Shown here: in pieces, positions 28,601-41,413 of the stretch
How the letters are laid out: every line of letters begins with the position of its first letter
How positions within the stretch are numbered: position 1 is the stretch's first letter
DNA from: Trichoplax adhaerens
Lineage: Eukaryota > Animalia > Placozoa
DNA length: 64,000 nucleotides
Direction of reading: 5' to 3'
Assembly (NCBI RefSeq): GCF_000150275.1
Contig: NW_002060946.1
Span: 2,871,454 to 2,935,453, forward strand
Translations under genes and position numbers: made by a program
The notes under the pieces: generated by a model
What the model saw: the letters and a program-made list of their open reading frames with translations, nothing else
Told to the model about the DNA's origin: nothing
Database searches by the model: none

Positions 28601-31600
28601 TAAATTAGAAGCAGGTAATACTTGTACAGTATATATTCTAGAACAAAATTTTAAATATGATAATGAAATAAAGGTAAGATATTTACTAATATAAGCAACA
28701 TGGTTAACTACTGTTTAGGTCGTTTCGATTCATCTGGTATGAAATTCTTTTATACTTTCCATAAGCGCCAATATGATGCTGGAGTTATGCAGATTGGTAA
28801 AGTCGTTAGTAGGCGTACAATTATACCAGAAAGACAGAAAAAGTGGGAAGTTGCTGGATATTGCGCAAAATCCTGTACTCAAGCAGTAAGAATATTTTAT
28901 AACTTGCTTTAGGTTTATGTTTCTTTCGTGTGCATAACAAAAAAAGGCACACTCTTACTTCAGTTACTAATAATTTAATTAGTAGCTTATCTATTTAAGT
29001 GAGCGTAAACAATCTTGCAATTGCAGTACCTGAATAATATGACGGCACCATTCCCAGTAGTAGCACATTACGTTTTATATTAACTTTCCATGCTATAGAA
29101 TAAATGATCATTTGCTTCTTTTAGAACATTCCAGCTACAGGTATTAATATCTTCTCTGGATTGTTGCATACTCATCTTGCTGGTAAGTTGGATCTTCAAT
29201 ATCTAGAATTATTGAAACACAAAGAGGATACTGATTTTTTTATTCCACCGCGGCATCTTTACATTAAACATAGACTATAATCTAAGAATTTTAATGCAGA
29301 AACCGATGATTGTACTAAACGAGTAAACTATCCTTCAGTTTTAATAAAAAAAGTAAATTCGGTCAAAGCATTTTGATATTACTTCGATAGTAAGGAGCTA
29401 CTCTAATGTTCACGTAGGTAGAGCAATTACGCTAAAACAATTTCGAAATGGAAACGAAATTACTCCACTGGCAAACAATCCTCATTATGATTTCAACTAT
29501 CAAGAATTTGTATATTTTAAGAATCCTAAGAAAATCTTACCCGTAAGTTCAATCAGCTTTTGCCTCTTTTCTAAAACTACTACAATTTTGCAATTTACAT
29601 TGATATTAAGTATTGTTGAGATAATAAGTAGATGATGTTTAAGCTATGAAATACAATATCCATGCTGTAGAATTTTAGAACACTGCAAAGTGTGTGATAA
29701 GGCAATTTATTCAGTATTCTATCAGAAACTGACTTTAGATTATGTAGTCTTGTCGTCATAATAGCACTACTAGGTAGGTAATAGTTAATTGAAGCCATAC
29801 ATGTAAGCAAATACATTAAGATTTAGAAGAAGAAGATTGTAAGAAAATATTGACTTTAAAATATTCTGATAATAAAATTGGTTAGCTATTTGGAGTCTTT
29901 AATTTTTGAAACTTAAGTTTCATTTTTATATTAAACCTTTGAAATCAAGTATCGCAAAGTCTTCCTATTAATATCATCCTATAGCAAAGTTTAATGATAA
30001 ATTTTTTTGTGCCCTTCTTTGATTAATTATTGACTTGAATAACTAATCTTTCATATTCTAAAATTAATTACCAAAGCTTTTTATCATTAATTTACTATGT
30101 TAGATTATTACTACTTTAATATTAAAAATCGATCGAACTACTTGTTGTAATGGATTGTAAAACATTCAGTTTTCTCCCTTCCATTTTGCCGATTTAATAC
30201 AGTATAATATGTTTAACAATAATTAATCTAATGGGTTGTTATTTATATTTATGTTAGGGTGATCAAGTAACCATCGTTTGTAGCTATAATACAGAAAATA
30301 GACCTAACTACACCAGAGTAAGTTTGTGATTTATTAAACGGAGCCATTAGCGTAAATGAAATGGACACTTTATTTATTTAACGCTTTAGAAATATTATTG
30401 TAAATCTCAACAGAATCGCTTCTTAATCGAAGAGTATTTTGACTCTAATGTTAGTCTTCACCTAAATCATTATTATTAGGGTGGCATTGGAACTAAAGAT
30501 GAAATGTGCTTGTCATATTTATATTATTGGCCCAAACTAACTATGGCTGTCTGTGAATCATATGAGTCTACTGATCATTACGAAAACTTCATGGCGGCTA
30601 TTCAAGAGTATGTATGTCACAATTTAAACTCTACGACAAGGAATCGTATAGTAAAAGTCTATAAGTAACTACTGACTTAAAAGCCCTTTACTAAGCGTTA
30701 AATACACTCAGCGAAGTACAGCAAAGATAGAACTTTTAGTAGCATATACAAATCTACAACTTTTCACCACCCAACTCAATTCAAGTATTCTCGTTTATAT
30801 AGGAACCGTTTAATCTGTAAACAACAATAGTATTATTATTATACCTTATCAGGAGAAACATCTTGAACTGAGATGTTCCTTACATAGCTTCTCTATCAAT
30901 GAATATTCTTAATCTCTTACTCATACTTAATCTTAATCTTAGCATGTATTTTTGTCTAATTTAACTATCATCAGCTAGAACTTAAATCATGTTGCTACTA
31001 TCTACACATAATCACAGTCAATATCAAATATGTAATAAACTATCACAAATAATATTTATGTTAAGGCATTACTGATCTTAACTAGCACTGTAAATATGGA
31101 TTTTTCCCATATTAGCTACTACTGTACTATCAAATTATCCTGACGGTAAGGTAACACCGTAATAATGTAATTATAATGGAGATTTATTTTCTTCCATATT
31201 AGATATAGACCTTTAAATATTAAATAGAAACTGATAGCATAAAGACATCGTTAAAGTATTACAGGCTAAAGCTAAGTCATTTTATATCTTTTCAACAGGA
31301 GAAAAACTCTTAATACTAAGCTCGTCAAAGACCTCATCAGCCTTCAAAATAATGCGCCACCCATGCAATACTGTGCGGCAAAAAATCATGCTATATTACA
31401 GCCAGTTAGTATCAGTATTTAATAGTCATCATCTTATAAATTAGTATAAGAAAATCTGATTTACGTATAAATACAAATGGATGCTAACCCTACAGTATGA
31501 TTAAGTAAAACATTTAGGACTATAATTTAGTATTCTACAGCGCAATTTTATTACTATTCGTTAACGTACATTAATTTACCTATCGGTACTAACTTATGAA

Positions 31601-31886
31601 ATTAGTATTAAAATTAATTATGTTAAATAGTACCAAGCAGAACAGCAAATGCTTTTTTATTTTATCACTGCAAAGTCTCGTACTTTCATTATTTTCTTTC
31701 GTTAACCTGATACAGATACATTTCATTCTTTCTCTTTAGACGAGATATATGGCAATTTCTGATTTTAAAAGAGTTAAAGTCAACTTTGATTGGACTGGTG
31801 GAGCGCAGCATATTACCTACTCCAATTTATTTGTAGTTCTTATTGCTTTACTGGCTTATTCATTTGTAGACGGAACTCATCATTAG
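25644..31886 (+). CDS. DBH-like monooxygenase (MOXD1-like) paralog B, all copper ligands intact
   Basis: Exons 25644-25919, 26165-26311, 26480-26656, 27045-27131, 28122-28301, 28512-28614, 28719-28885, 29125-29182, 29418-29542, 30258-30317, 30480-30607, 31299-31404, 31740-31886. LVHHILIY, MEVHYDNP, LHTHLAG, DEMC; hydrophobic C-terminus TGGAQHITYSNLFVVLIALLAYSFVDGTHH. Confidence 0.93.
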
Positions 31887-33016
31887 AAGAATATATTGAT
31901 TACTAATTTAGGACACCGTAGCGGTAGCATAGCACTGAGTAATAATCTAAAATAGCACTAAAACATTGGTTAATATTAGTACTTTCTTTAGATACACGGG
32001 CATAATTCTGGTAGTAATTTTAGGTTGTCAATATTGTCACTATCTACAGTTACCGATAGTATATTTGTTAATTACATAATGTTTACGTAGCATTTTTAAA
32101 ATCAGATTTTTATCTGTGTGCTATTTCATGGATATCAATACAGCTTGCTTTTCTTCATATCGAAATTGCTGTAATTATCGTATTAAAGTTGCTTGTGCTT
32201 CTAGGTTATTTTTACGTTATTATGCTACAGCTTGCATGCTAATCTAGTACAGCTAGCTCCTTATCTTACGCAATAACTGCTCTTCAATAAAATATTTACT
32301 CACATTTTTATTTCTTGATTACCTGTATAACATGGCTTGTGAATTTGACCATCATACTATATTTTATTTACTTACTACTCCTAACTCTACATTGTAGGTA
32401 TGAGTCTAGACCTTAGAACTGAAAGATTATAACTGCAGTGAAAATTCGATAGAGTAACTATATTAAATATGAAATGAGGTTAGTTTTAACGTGTGAACAG
32501 AATCGAATTAAAGGCAATTGTGATATTATAACATTCCGTTCTGATGATCATGACTTAAAGTAGACTGCTTTCTACTAGACTCATGTTACGAGCACATACA
32601 CCTGCATGCATTTTCTTGCTAAAAAGTGCATTTGAATATCAGGCATAAAATCTATCTATATCCGCTCATCTACATAATAATTATTCCTAATGTTTAAATA
32701 TTCAATATAAAACTTAAGTGATTCAGCTCCCAAATTTTCAAGTATTACTATATTGAATACAAATTTTTATCTCTCTAACAATATCGGTACAAGCAGCATG
32801 GAGAACGTCAACTTTAAGCAACCTAATTTTAAAGTTGTAGCGTTTAACTCTTATAGTCTCTTGTAATGGTCTAAATTTAATATCATTTTATACATGATAT
32901 CAATACGATTTGCCTGTATCGGAGTTTATTGTTGCAGTTTCTACAGTATAATCGTTTTTTTGCTAGTATTACAGAAAGAGACTAAGATCGGCAATAAACA
33001 TGAATATTACTTTATG

Positions 33017-33583
33017 CTAATACATAACCTAAGTTACCTTAGTCAGCACAGATCACATAATACCAGACTAAATCCCATATGATTAATTAATTATAGGCCA
33101 ATAAAGACAACGGTAAGAATAGAATTACCTTTTCCTATAATAGAACTTTAGCAGAATGAATTTCTATGGTAAAAAGTTATAAACAAGTCTCTTTACCTAA
33201 ATTAAGGCCTATTGCATTGCACCAATTCACGAACTGTAATGAATTTTTATAGTAGCTAGGTATGAAATAAATTGCTAGGGTACTTCTGAAACCATACATG
33301 GGCTATTAATATATAAGTAATACTACGAGCTATCATGAATTTTTGTAATAAGAAGATATGAAATAAAATTTTCAACCGTAGTGCAATACACTTATAAACA
33401 CATAGTACCGTAAGCTGTGAAAGAATTTTTATGGCAATAAGTGCGAAATTACATATAGTTAGATAGTAACGATGAAGAGCTATGATTAATGTCTACGATA
33501 TCAGATATTGAAATCAAGTCTGTGCTCGCAACGTAATGCAGATATAGTAAGTATGTAAACTATCGAGAATTTTTTTAGCAAGA
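33017..33583 (+). repeat. Second copy of the ~0.6-kb non-coding block (see 21915-22506)
   Basis: Same anchors in the same order and orientation, downstream of paralog B. Confidence 0.8.
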
Positions 33584-35806
33584 ATTAAAATATAATGCTT
33601 TATTTTCAGTTACACTTTGGTAATGACAATCGAACGAATAAAAATGTGGATTGTATTCAAACTTATACGATATAATAGAGAAGGTTATAGAATTTAGCAG
33701 TTTAGAGGTTGAAACTTTCTTATCAAAGTTCTTTCGCTGTTTTAAAGTCGACGAGGACCATCTACGCTTAGTGCTTATTTTGAAGGTATGCATAGTTATC
33801 CCCTCCCTTTCTCCGTTTGGCTGTGATACTATCACAAAAAAATGGGTTTCTACTTTATGTATATAGATGAGGACACCTACTTTCGTAGTTAGAGAATATT
33901 GTAAAAAATTTGGGCATTTCATACATGAATTTAGACATTAAAAATCAGGTTATTTAACTTTATCTAGCGGAATTGCATGATATTAATAGGAAAGAGATAC
34001 TGAAATAGCATTTCGAGTGTTAATACGGGAGACGTTCCATTCCAAACTCTATTAATCAAGTTAAATTGTAATCATCGTAATGAAAGAATAATTCTAACTC
34101 CACCTATCTAATCCTTATCAATCTGATAATCATAGAGAATTTCATAATGGTAATAAATTTATTATACGTAATTGTATATGTTCAAATACCTGTGAAACAG
34201 CTTATTCTTATGACAAAAATTTATCTAATTACAAAAAATGATGTACGCATTAACTTAGTAAAATAAATTATTTTGAGCGTTTACTTTATTTAAACTCCTA
34301 GCTTACAGCTATCATAGCTAGAAACAAAATAAAATGTGACGATATCACATACAAAAAATTCATCTTTAAAATGATGCATTTCTAATTTATCATTTTTAAT
34401 GAGATTGATAATTGCAAAAGCATGTTTCCACTCAAATTTTAGCCAATTTCTTTATTGTAATTAAGGAGAATTTTTCACTGAGTTAATAATCATACATGTA
34501 GAACGTATCGATTATATATTGTGGCTGGCTCGAACGAAATTAATTTAAAGTAGCCTTAGATATTATGCAAGACCTAAAATAAATCACAGTTATCATACTC
34601 GTAGAGTACTGGTATATCTTCAGTTTTCTACCGCACGTAGTGTAAGCTATAGTCGACTATTAAAAAGAACTTTTCAATATTTTGTAGTGTGGCTAGGACA
34701 ACATACGAAGTCACCAATGTAGCTAAACTAATACAATATTAAAAGCTAGGAAAATTTACAGATTTAAAGTACGTAAAGAATTCAGGCAGTTCACTTTTGT
34801 TAGTTTTATGTAAACTTATTTTCAAGTAGGATTATTGGACTAGATCTTGCTAACCTGGTCACAACTGGCAGAGAATTTTTTATAGCAGATAACGATAGCA
34901 GCTATTTAATTGCCTACCAATATCTTCAATAGTAGCGTTATCTAATTTGTCAGATTAATTAGTGAGTTCTTGCTATGACAATAGGCCTTGCTGGTCCTTT
35001 CAAAGTATTACACTGGAATGAGCTAAGAAAAAGTAGTGAAAGCATGCAGAGCTGATATTTTGTTTACCACAGCTATTTAATTTCAGTAATTTCGGAAAGT
35101 ATTCAATCAAAATATGTTTATCAGCGTATTAGATTCTAGATTGAATGAAATAATATTGATGTATCACCAAGATTAGCAGAATATACTTTTTAGCTTTAGA
35201 ATCTTAAGATATTCGAATCAAAAAATTAGCTACAGAGATTAAACTTTCGCTAATAGTAACTTTACATGAATATTTTAGCTATCAATGTTTGATCTGATCC
35301 TACTAGGTATCTTCCCTCTTGCTGTCATATTAAGCTACTGTTAATTAATTCTTTGATTGGCGTCGTTAAAAATATAATAATTGAAGACCATTGATACTCG
35401 AATGCAGAAAAAACGGATTTTAAAACTATCGCAGCTAACTAGGCGCGGCTCAAATAGCTTACTCAGTGTAATTTCCGGTGTGAAAATAATATAGTAAAAA
35501 TTTATACTTCAGAAATCCATAAGCACTTTATTGAACTCTAGATATAAAAAAAATAATAGCGTTTATTTAATGCCAGCTAAATGAATGATATTGCCGGTCC
35601 ATCAGCAATATCATGAGCAATCATTTTAGTTCTAAATAATCCAATAAGGATAGTACTTGACAACAGCTACCCGTCAAATGGTCATAGGCAGTCTCAAGCT
35701 CTAAAGAACTTAAAATATTTAATTTACTTGCATAGCAAATATGCAATAATGGTAACATATTCCATCGATTGAAGAAAACAAAATTGTTGATCTAATGGGT
35801 GAGCTC

Positions 35807-35819
35807 GTAACCTAGCAAC
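35807..35819. promoter_or_regulatory. Candidate RFX X-box upstream of paralog C
   Basis: GTAACCTAGCAAC fits the RFX consensus GTNRCC-N0-3-RGYAAC and sits in a locally GC-richer patch ~1.1 kb before the ATG. Confidence 0.4.
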
Positions 35820-36713
35820 GAGGTAGCCCGAATGCGGTTGACATCAATAGCATGTTAGCTTAAACAATGATAGTCTTTTAGGCGGGTGATCCCACCCAGA
35901 TCGGACTATGATCTGGAATGATCGGCAAAGTAACGGGATTAGTGTCTGGAATCATTTACTTTAAGCGCGATAAAATCCATTACAACTCAAAAATTAAGTT
36001 TACGATGTCCACTTGAAATGATTTTAGCTAATGACAGTAGTTGCATGTTAGAAAATACAGTGATAGATGTAGTGTAGAACTATTTGTCTTAATACAGTAA
36101 TACCATTTCATTATTAATTGATATTAATGCAATAACAACCTGCAATAAATATAGGATCATTTTCTCAATCTGCTACATTAAATGATCTTGTGATAGATTC
36201 GTGATGTGTGATGATGTCATTCTTATACAAAACTCTAGTAGTACTCGTTTTGCATCCATTATAATCAACCTTTCATATTGTCCATTTACTTAAATAATGA
36301 AAGCATTAATTTATGCTTATGTCATTGTAATTCGAACTCTGTAATTCTATAATTCTATACTAATTTATAGAAATAAGAGCTTTATTTTTTCCTTGCTTTT
36401 GTCAATATTAAAGTAGAAGACTAGCTTTGGATTTAAAAGGTCAATCTAAGCAACTTTGTCAATTTCATACAGTAATTGTTTAAAGTAGAACAATAGTATC
36501 CCAGGTGTTTACGGCATGCTACTGATTTCAAACCATATTTAAAATACTTTAGACACATTAATTATTTTCTCATTGAATAGATACTATCTATGCTATTTTA
36601 ATTAGCAATGTTGAATTAAATTAATATTTCAACCAATAGAATCATGACTACTATGTAAACTTATACCGAATGATCATCTGATACTTAATGCCATGGCTTA
36701 ATTTTTCAGAAAC

Positions 36714-36721
36714 TATAAATA
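36714..36721 (+). promoter_or_regulatory. Candidate TATA box of paralog C, followed by a probable non-coding first exon
   Basis: TATAAATA at 36714; donor-like GTAAGT at 36822 and acceptor TTCAG ending at 36923, just before the ATG at 36946. Confidence 0.35.
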
Positions 36722-36945
36722 CCGGTAACGGGCTACTTTTTTCATCTAGTCATCTATGTTGACGCCAATATCAACGTGAATCTATAATCACTTAATATTT
36801 AGCTCATTCTTTAAATAAATCGTAAGTTAATCTAATAGTAGTTTTAACTAACCATATTTAATATTCGACACCATTTTAAATTGTATTATTGATGCTATCT
36901 CACCATTCTATCTATAAATTCAGGGGAATTATTAATTAAAGAAAG

Positions 36946-39900
36946 ATGCGCTTGTACCTTGCGCTCCTCTTCGCTTTTGCTTGCAGTACTGTTGCTGCTG
37001 TTAGCTTAAAAGAAAGCTACGATCATATGATTTCTTTAGACGAGGATGAAAAATATTACCTATATTGGACACTCAATGATGCAACAAAAGTTATCAATAT
37101 AGCTGTTACAGTTAAAACTACTGGATGGGTAGGTTTTGGCATTTCTCCTTACACTGGTAGGATGCCTGGTTCAGATACTGTTATTGGTTGGGTAGATAGT
37201 GCTGGAAAAACATACTTACAGGTATTGTACGATTTTAATTGCTATCATAACGACCGTTCTAAGTACATCAAAATTTATATATTTCTGAATTTGCTAAGTT
37301 ACGAGAACTAAAAATATTACTAAATAATACAAGCTAAATAGGATTCAATACTATGGGTTTACGGATTATTTTTAGCTTACTATCTAAATAATGTTAAAAG
37401 CTAACTTTAACCTTCTTTTCAAATTTCTAGGATCGATTTGCCCCATCGCACACCGTACCAGTTCTTGATGCTCAACAAGATTATACTCTAATAAGTGGTG
37501 AAGAAAACAACGGCATGACTATTTTAAAATTTTCAAGAAAATATGATACTGGCGATAGTAAAGATTTGTTGATAGACGTATGTACCAATTAAGTATCACT
37601 ATAACAATTTTCCAGCATAAATTTATCCAATTTGTGTAAAATTATTGTAATAAAATTTTATTAAGGTAAACGTTATCGCTAATTGCACTAACATTGTTTT
37701 GTTTAAAGGATCTTAAATCTAATAATTAAATTTGATAAGTAATATCATTTATAATTAAAACAGACTGGAACTACTCGATTAATCTGGGCGTACAATGACA
37801 ATGATCCTGTCGACCCACAAACTTTTACGAAACATACTAAACAGGGCAGTCGTAGTGTTAATTTATTCAACTCACTACCTGAAGCCGATAAGCCACCTTT
37901 GCCCTCCGATACACAATATTTCGATCTTTTAAATCCCGACGTAAGTTAAGTAAATTTAATCATCGTAAAACTTTCTTCGATAGTTCTATTTGGTTTATAA
38001 ATTATTGCAATAGTCATTATTCATTAGCAATTGTTGAATTCAATAAAAATTACGCACGTTAGATTAACTGCTTCTGTTGTCTATTGGTAAATAGGCGATA
38101 ATGTAATTAAGGTATTATTTTTATTCCAACTAGGTTGCTATTCCTAGTGGTGATACAACCTATTGGTGCACAGCTTTTAAGCTCCCTGAAGTAAATGGTA
38201 CCGCTCATATGATTAAGGTAAGGAGTATAATACTTTAAACAAACTCGTACATTAAATTAGTTGCTATCATCCTATAATTGAGTGTTATTGATTATTAATT
38301 GTTTTAATAAACGATCGCATGGTTTCAGCGGGTGATCACAATTCAATTACCGTAGTTGCTAATCTATTGGATGTTATTTTATCATAAAAAATTATGCTTC
38401 TTTCGTATTAGATTGACCCTATCATTCAGAAAGGGCACAGTGGATTAGTTCATCACATCTTGGTATACGATTGTGTATTTGATGAAAAATTTCACGGTTC
38501 AAGTCACGACTGTGATTCCCGAAACATGCCCCAAGGATTACGTGGTTGCCGCGGTGCAACCGTTATTGGTGCATGGGCAGTTGGTGCTGAGGTATGCTTA
38601 TAAGAGGTTGCAGGGAGCGATTGCTATAATCTTACAGACTCTGGACAGTCTCACTAATCTGTTGATTGAACAGATGTATAAATTTGTTTCTTACCGTACT
38701 GCCCTAATAGGATATTTCTGCTAACGTAAGTAAAATCTTAAACTAGTTGTTTGATCTGTATAGGGATTATCCTACCCAGCCCATGTCGGCCTACCACTTG
38801 GAGGCGATAAAGGTGCACGATATGTTGTTATGGAAACACATTATGACAATCCTAATCGAGAAGCCGGTAAGTCAAAAATTAACTACTACTAATATCCTAT
38901 TTGTACCATCAAATCAATGAATACGGAAATTAACTTTCGGCACAGAAATTTATAATACAGTAATATAAATTAATAATGATGTGTATAAATTGCTATTAGT
39001 ATGTTACACCTATACGTTTTATAATGTATGATTGTGAAAAAGTGGATATTTTTGATCTTTAGATTAAACATGATCACATACTAAATCTGATGTCATTAAG
39101 TTCATGATTAATGAACTACAGATTACCAACCTAAATATAGTTTAAAGTATAATGGATACTTTAGATATCACGGAAGGAGGCGGCTACTGTAAACATTTTA
39201 TATAAGCAATTAGCAATATCTACAAAAATCTACACAGTCTTCCTCATATATCTTAAAAATATCACGAGTTAGGACTTCGCGATTCTTCCGGTATGAGATT
39301 CTACTATACGCATCAACTGCGCCAATATGATGCTGGCGTTTTTGAAATTGGTCAAGCAACTAGCCCTTTTATGGTCATACCTGAAGGCCAAACTCAGTGG
39401 GAAGTTGCTGGCTACTGTTCTGAGAACTGCACAAGGCCTGTAAGTAATATTATATTAGGTAGTTAATATCAAGAAGATACAAGATCAAAATCTCATGTCG
39501 ATCCCAAAATAAATCTATTTCTGTATATATGTATAGTATAAATTCTGTAGATAATTTTAGGGGAAATACGTGTTTAATCTGATAAGGTGCTTTTCTCTCT
39601 TCTATAGAATTTACCCTCTACTGGTATTAAATTCTTCGGCGGCTTTTTACATACTCATTTAGCCGGTAAATTATAAATAATTAGATAATAGGATATCGTA
39701 AGCTACTTATAGTAATTCCAAAAGATATCGCAGAATATCTATATCAGTGTATATTACACTAATAAAGGTGTGATATATTAATCTTGATAATGCAAAATCA
39801 ACGTAAAGATTGCAAGCCTTTGCCGAATATTGATCTAATCTCTTGCAATTCTTACTATAGGCTATTCTATCGTGACTAAACATTACCGTAATGGAGTTGA

Positions 39901-41413
39901 ACTTCCAGAAATGCTTAGCAATCGACATTATGATTTCAACTATCAAGAAACTAGTTTCTTGAAGAAAGAAGTAACCTTTTTGCCGGTAAGAAGATTAATT
40001 TTGTAACAGTAATGAATTTGTTATTTGAATATGAAATTAATTGTTACCATTACCTCATTTTTCGATGTTCCTATTTTTCCTTATCAGTAACATTCTATAA
40101 TATACATTTTTTTCCATAAAATTAACCTCATAATATTTGGGTATATCCGATAAATTTAGGGCGATCAATTGACTTTAATCTGTACTTATAACACCGCAAA
40201 GAGACCCAAGGTCACAGTGGTAAGTTTTTAAGATTTTACTCAGTAACTTATTCGTTTATTCGTTATTTCTATGCAGCAATCACTCGTCAAACAGAAATTT
40301 ACAATAAGCTATTGAATAAATATCGTTGTGTTGCTTAAAATTATTTTATTTGATACAGTGAAATGTATTACATCATTTTTGTCTGATTCTATAAAAAACT
40401 TCTTACAACATAACGTTTCTGCTAAGGTATTTCTAGTTTAATAACTAGTTTTAAATATATTAATTAACAGGGTGGAATCGCTACTCGTGACGAAATGTGC
40501 TTGGCTTACTTACTGTATTATCCAAAAGTAGACTTATCTGTTTGCTTTTCCTCGAATAATTATATTCATTATCTCAACTATTTCCAGACTTTGAAAGAGT
40601 AAGTTCATTGTTTTACAGTAAACTATTATAAGAACCTTATGATTGTGAAAATGAAGGTTTATGCTGTTCTATAGGTTATTTAATATTTTGCAGCTATTTA
40701 AATCTTCAAACGCCATTATTCAAACTATAGCTTTATTATATATTTTATATCTACATCATATTCTGTACAGCGAATGAAAATAATTTTGTTATCTGACTAA
40801 CCTTAATTACTGGGTAGATCTATTTGTTGATGTTGATATAGTCCAGTATCTACCGATAAATTAACTTTATTACATGATTAGTTCTTTCATACATATATTA
40901 AAACAATCTAGTAACAATCCATAATATATGTTCTTCATTATATAGAGCTGGCTTAACGCCTCCTTATAATAAGTATCCATCGAAACCACCTTATGCTTGG
41001 AACGTTATTCGTAATTCTACCATTGGTAAAGGAATCCATCTAAAAAACCTTTACGAACTGGATAATTCAGTAAAGCCGCAACAATATTGTGCAGCTCGTA
41101 ATCATGTCCTTCTTCAACCGGTTAGTCTTCCCTAAAAAGTTATTTTCAATATTACAGTACACTCGCATAAATTACAATAATGATAAGAATTACTAGTGCT
41201 GAGCTACGTAAGATTATAATGACGGTATAATTTTTATTTTGTTTGCAGAGTGGACAAATGGACATCCCTAAATATGTTAAATATCATACCAATCAACGCT
41301 TACAAAATAGTTTTACCGAAACTACTACCGGTGCGGCTTCTAAAACCCATTTTTCGGTTCTACTCATGTGCATACTTCCACTCTTTGCGTACTTGTTAGC
41401 AAGACAATTCTAA
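36946..41413 (+). CDS. DBH-like monooxygenase (MOXD1-like) paralog C, all copper ligands intact
   Basis: Exons 36946-37221, 37431-37577, 37764-37940, 38134-38217, 38412-38591, 38764-38866, 39273-39439, 39608-39665, 39861-39985, 40160-40219, 40471-40598, 40946-41120, 41249-41413. LVHHILVY, METHYDNP, LHTHLAG, DEMC; tail TTTGAASKTHFSVLLMCILPLFAYLLARQF. Confidence 0.93.

Noticed and set aside
31116-31145. 30-nt AG..GTAAG cassette-like segment in paralog B intron 11 that would introduce a stop and remove the anchor
   Set aside because: Exons 11 and 12 join in frame without it, it has no counterpart in A or C, and such sites arise by chance.
33575-33922. Overlapping 115-aa (-) and 71-aa (+) ORFs in the B-C spacer
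   Set aside because: No recognisable motif, no supporting splice structure, and composition typical of AT-rich background.
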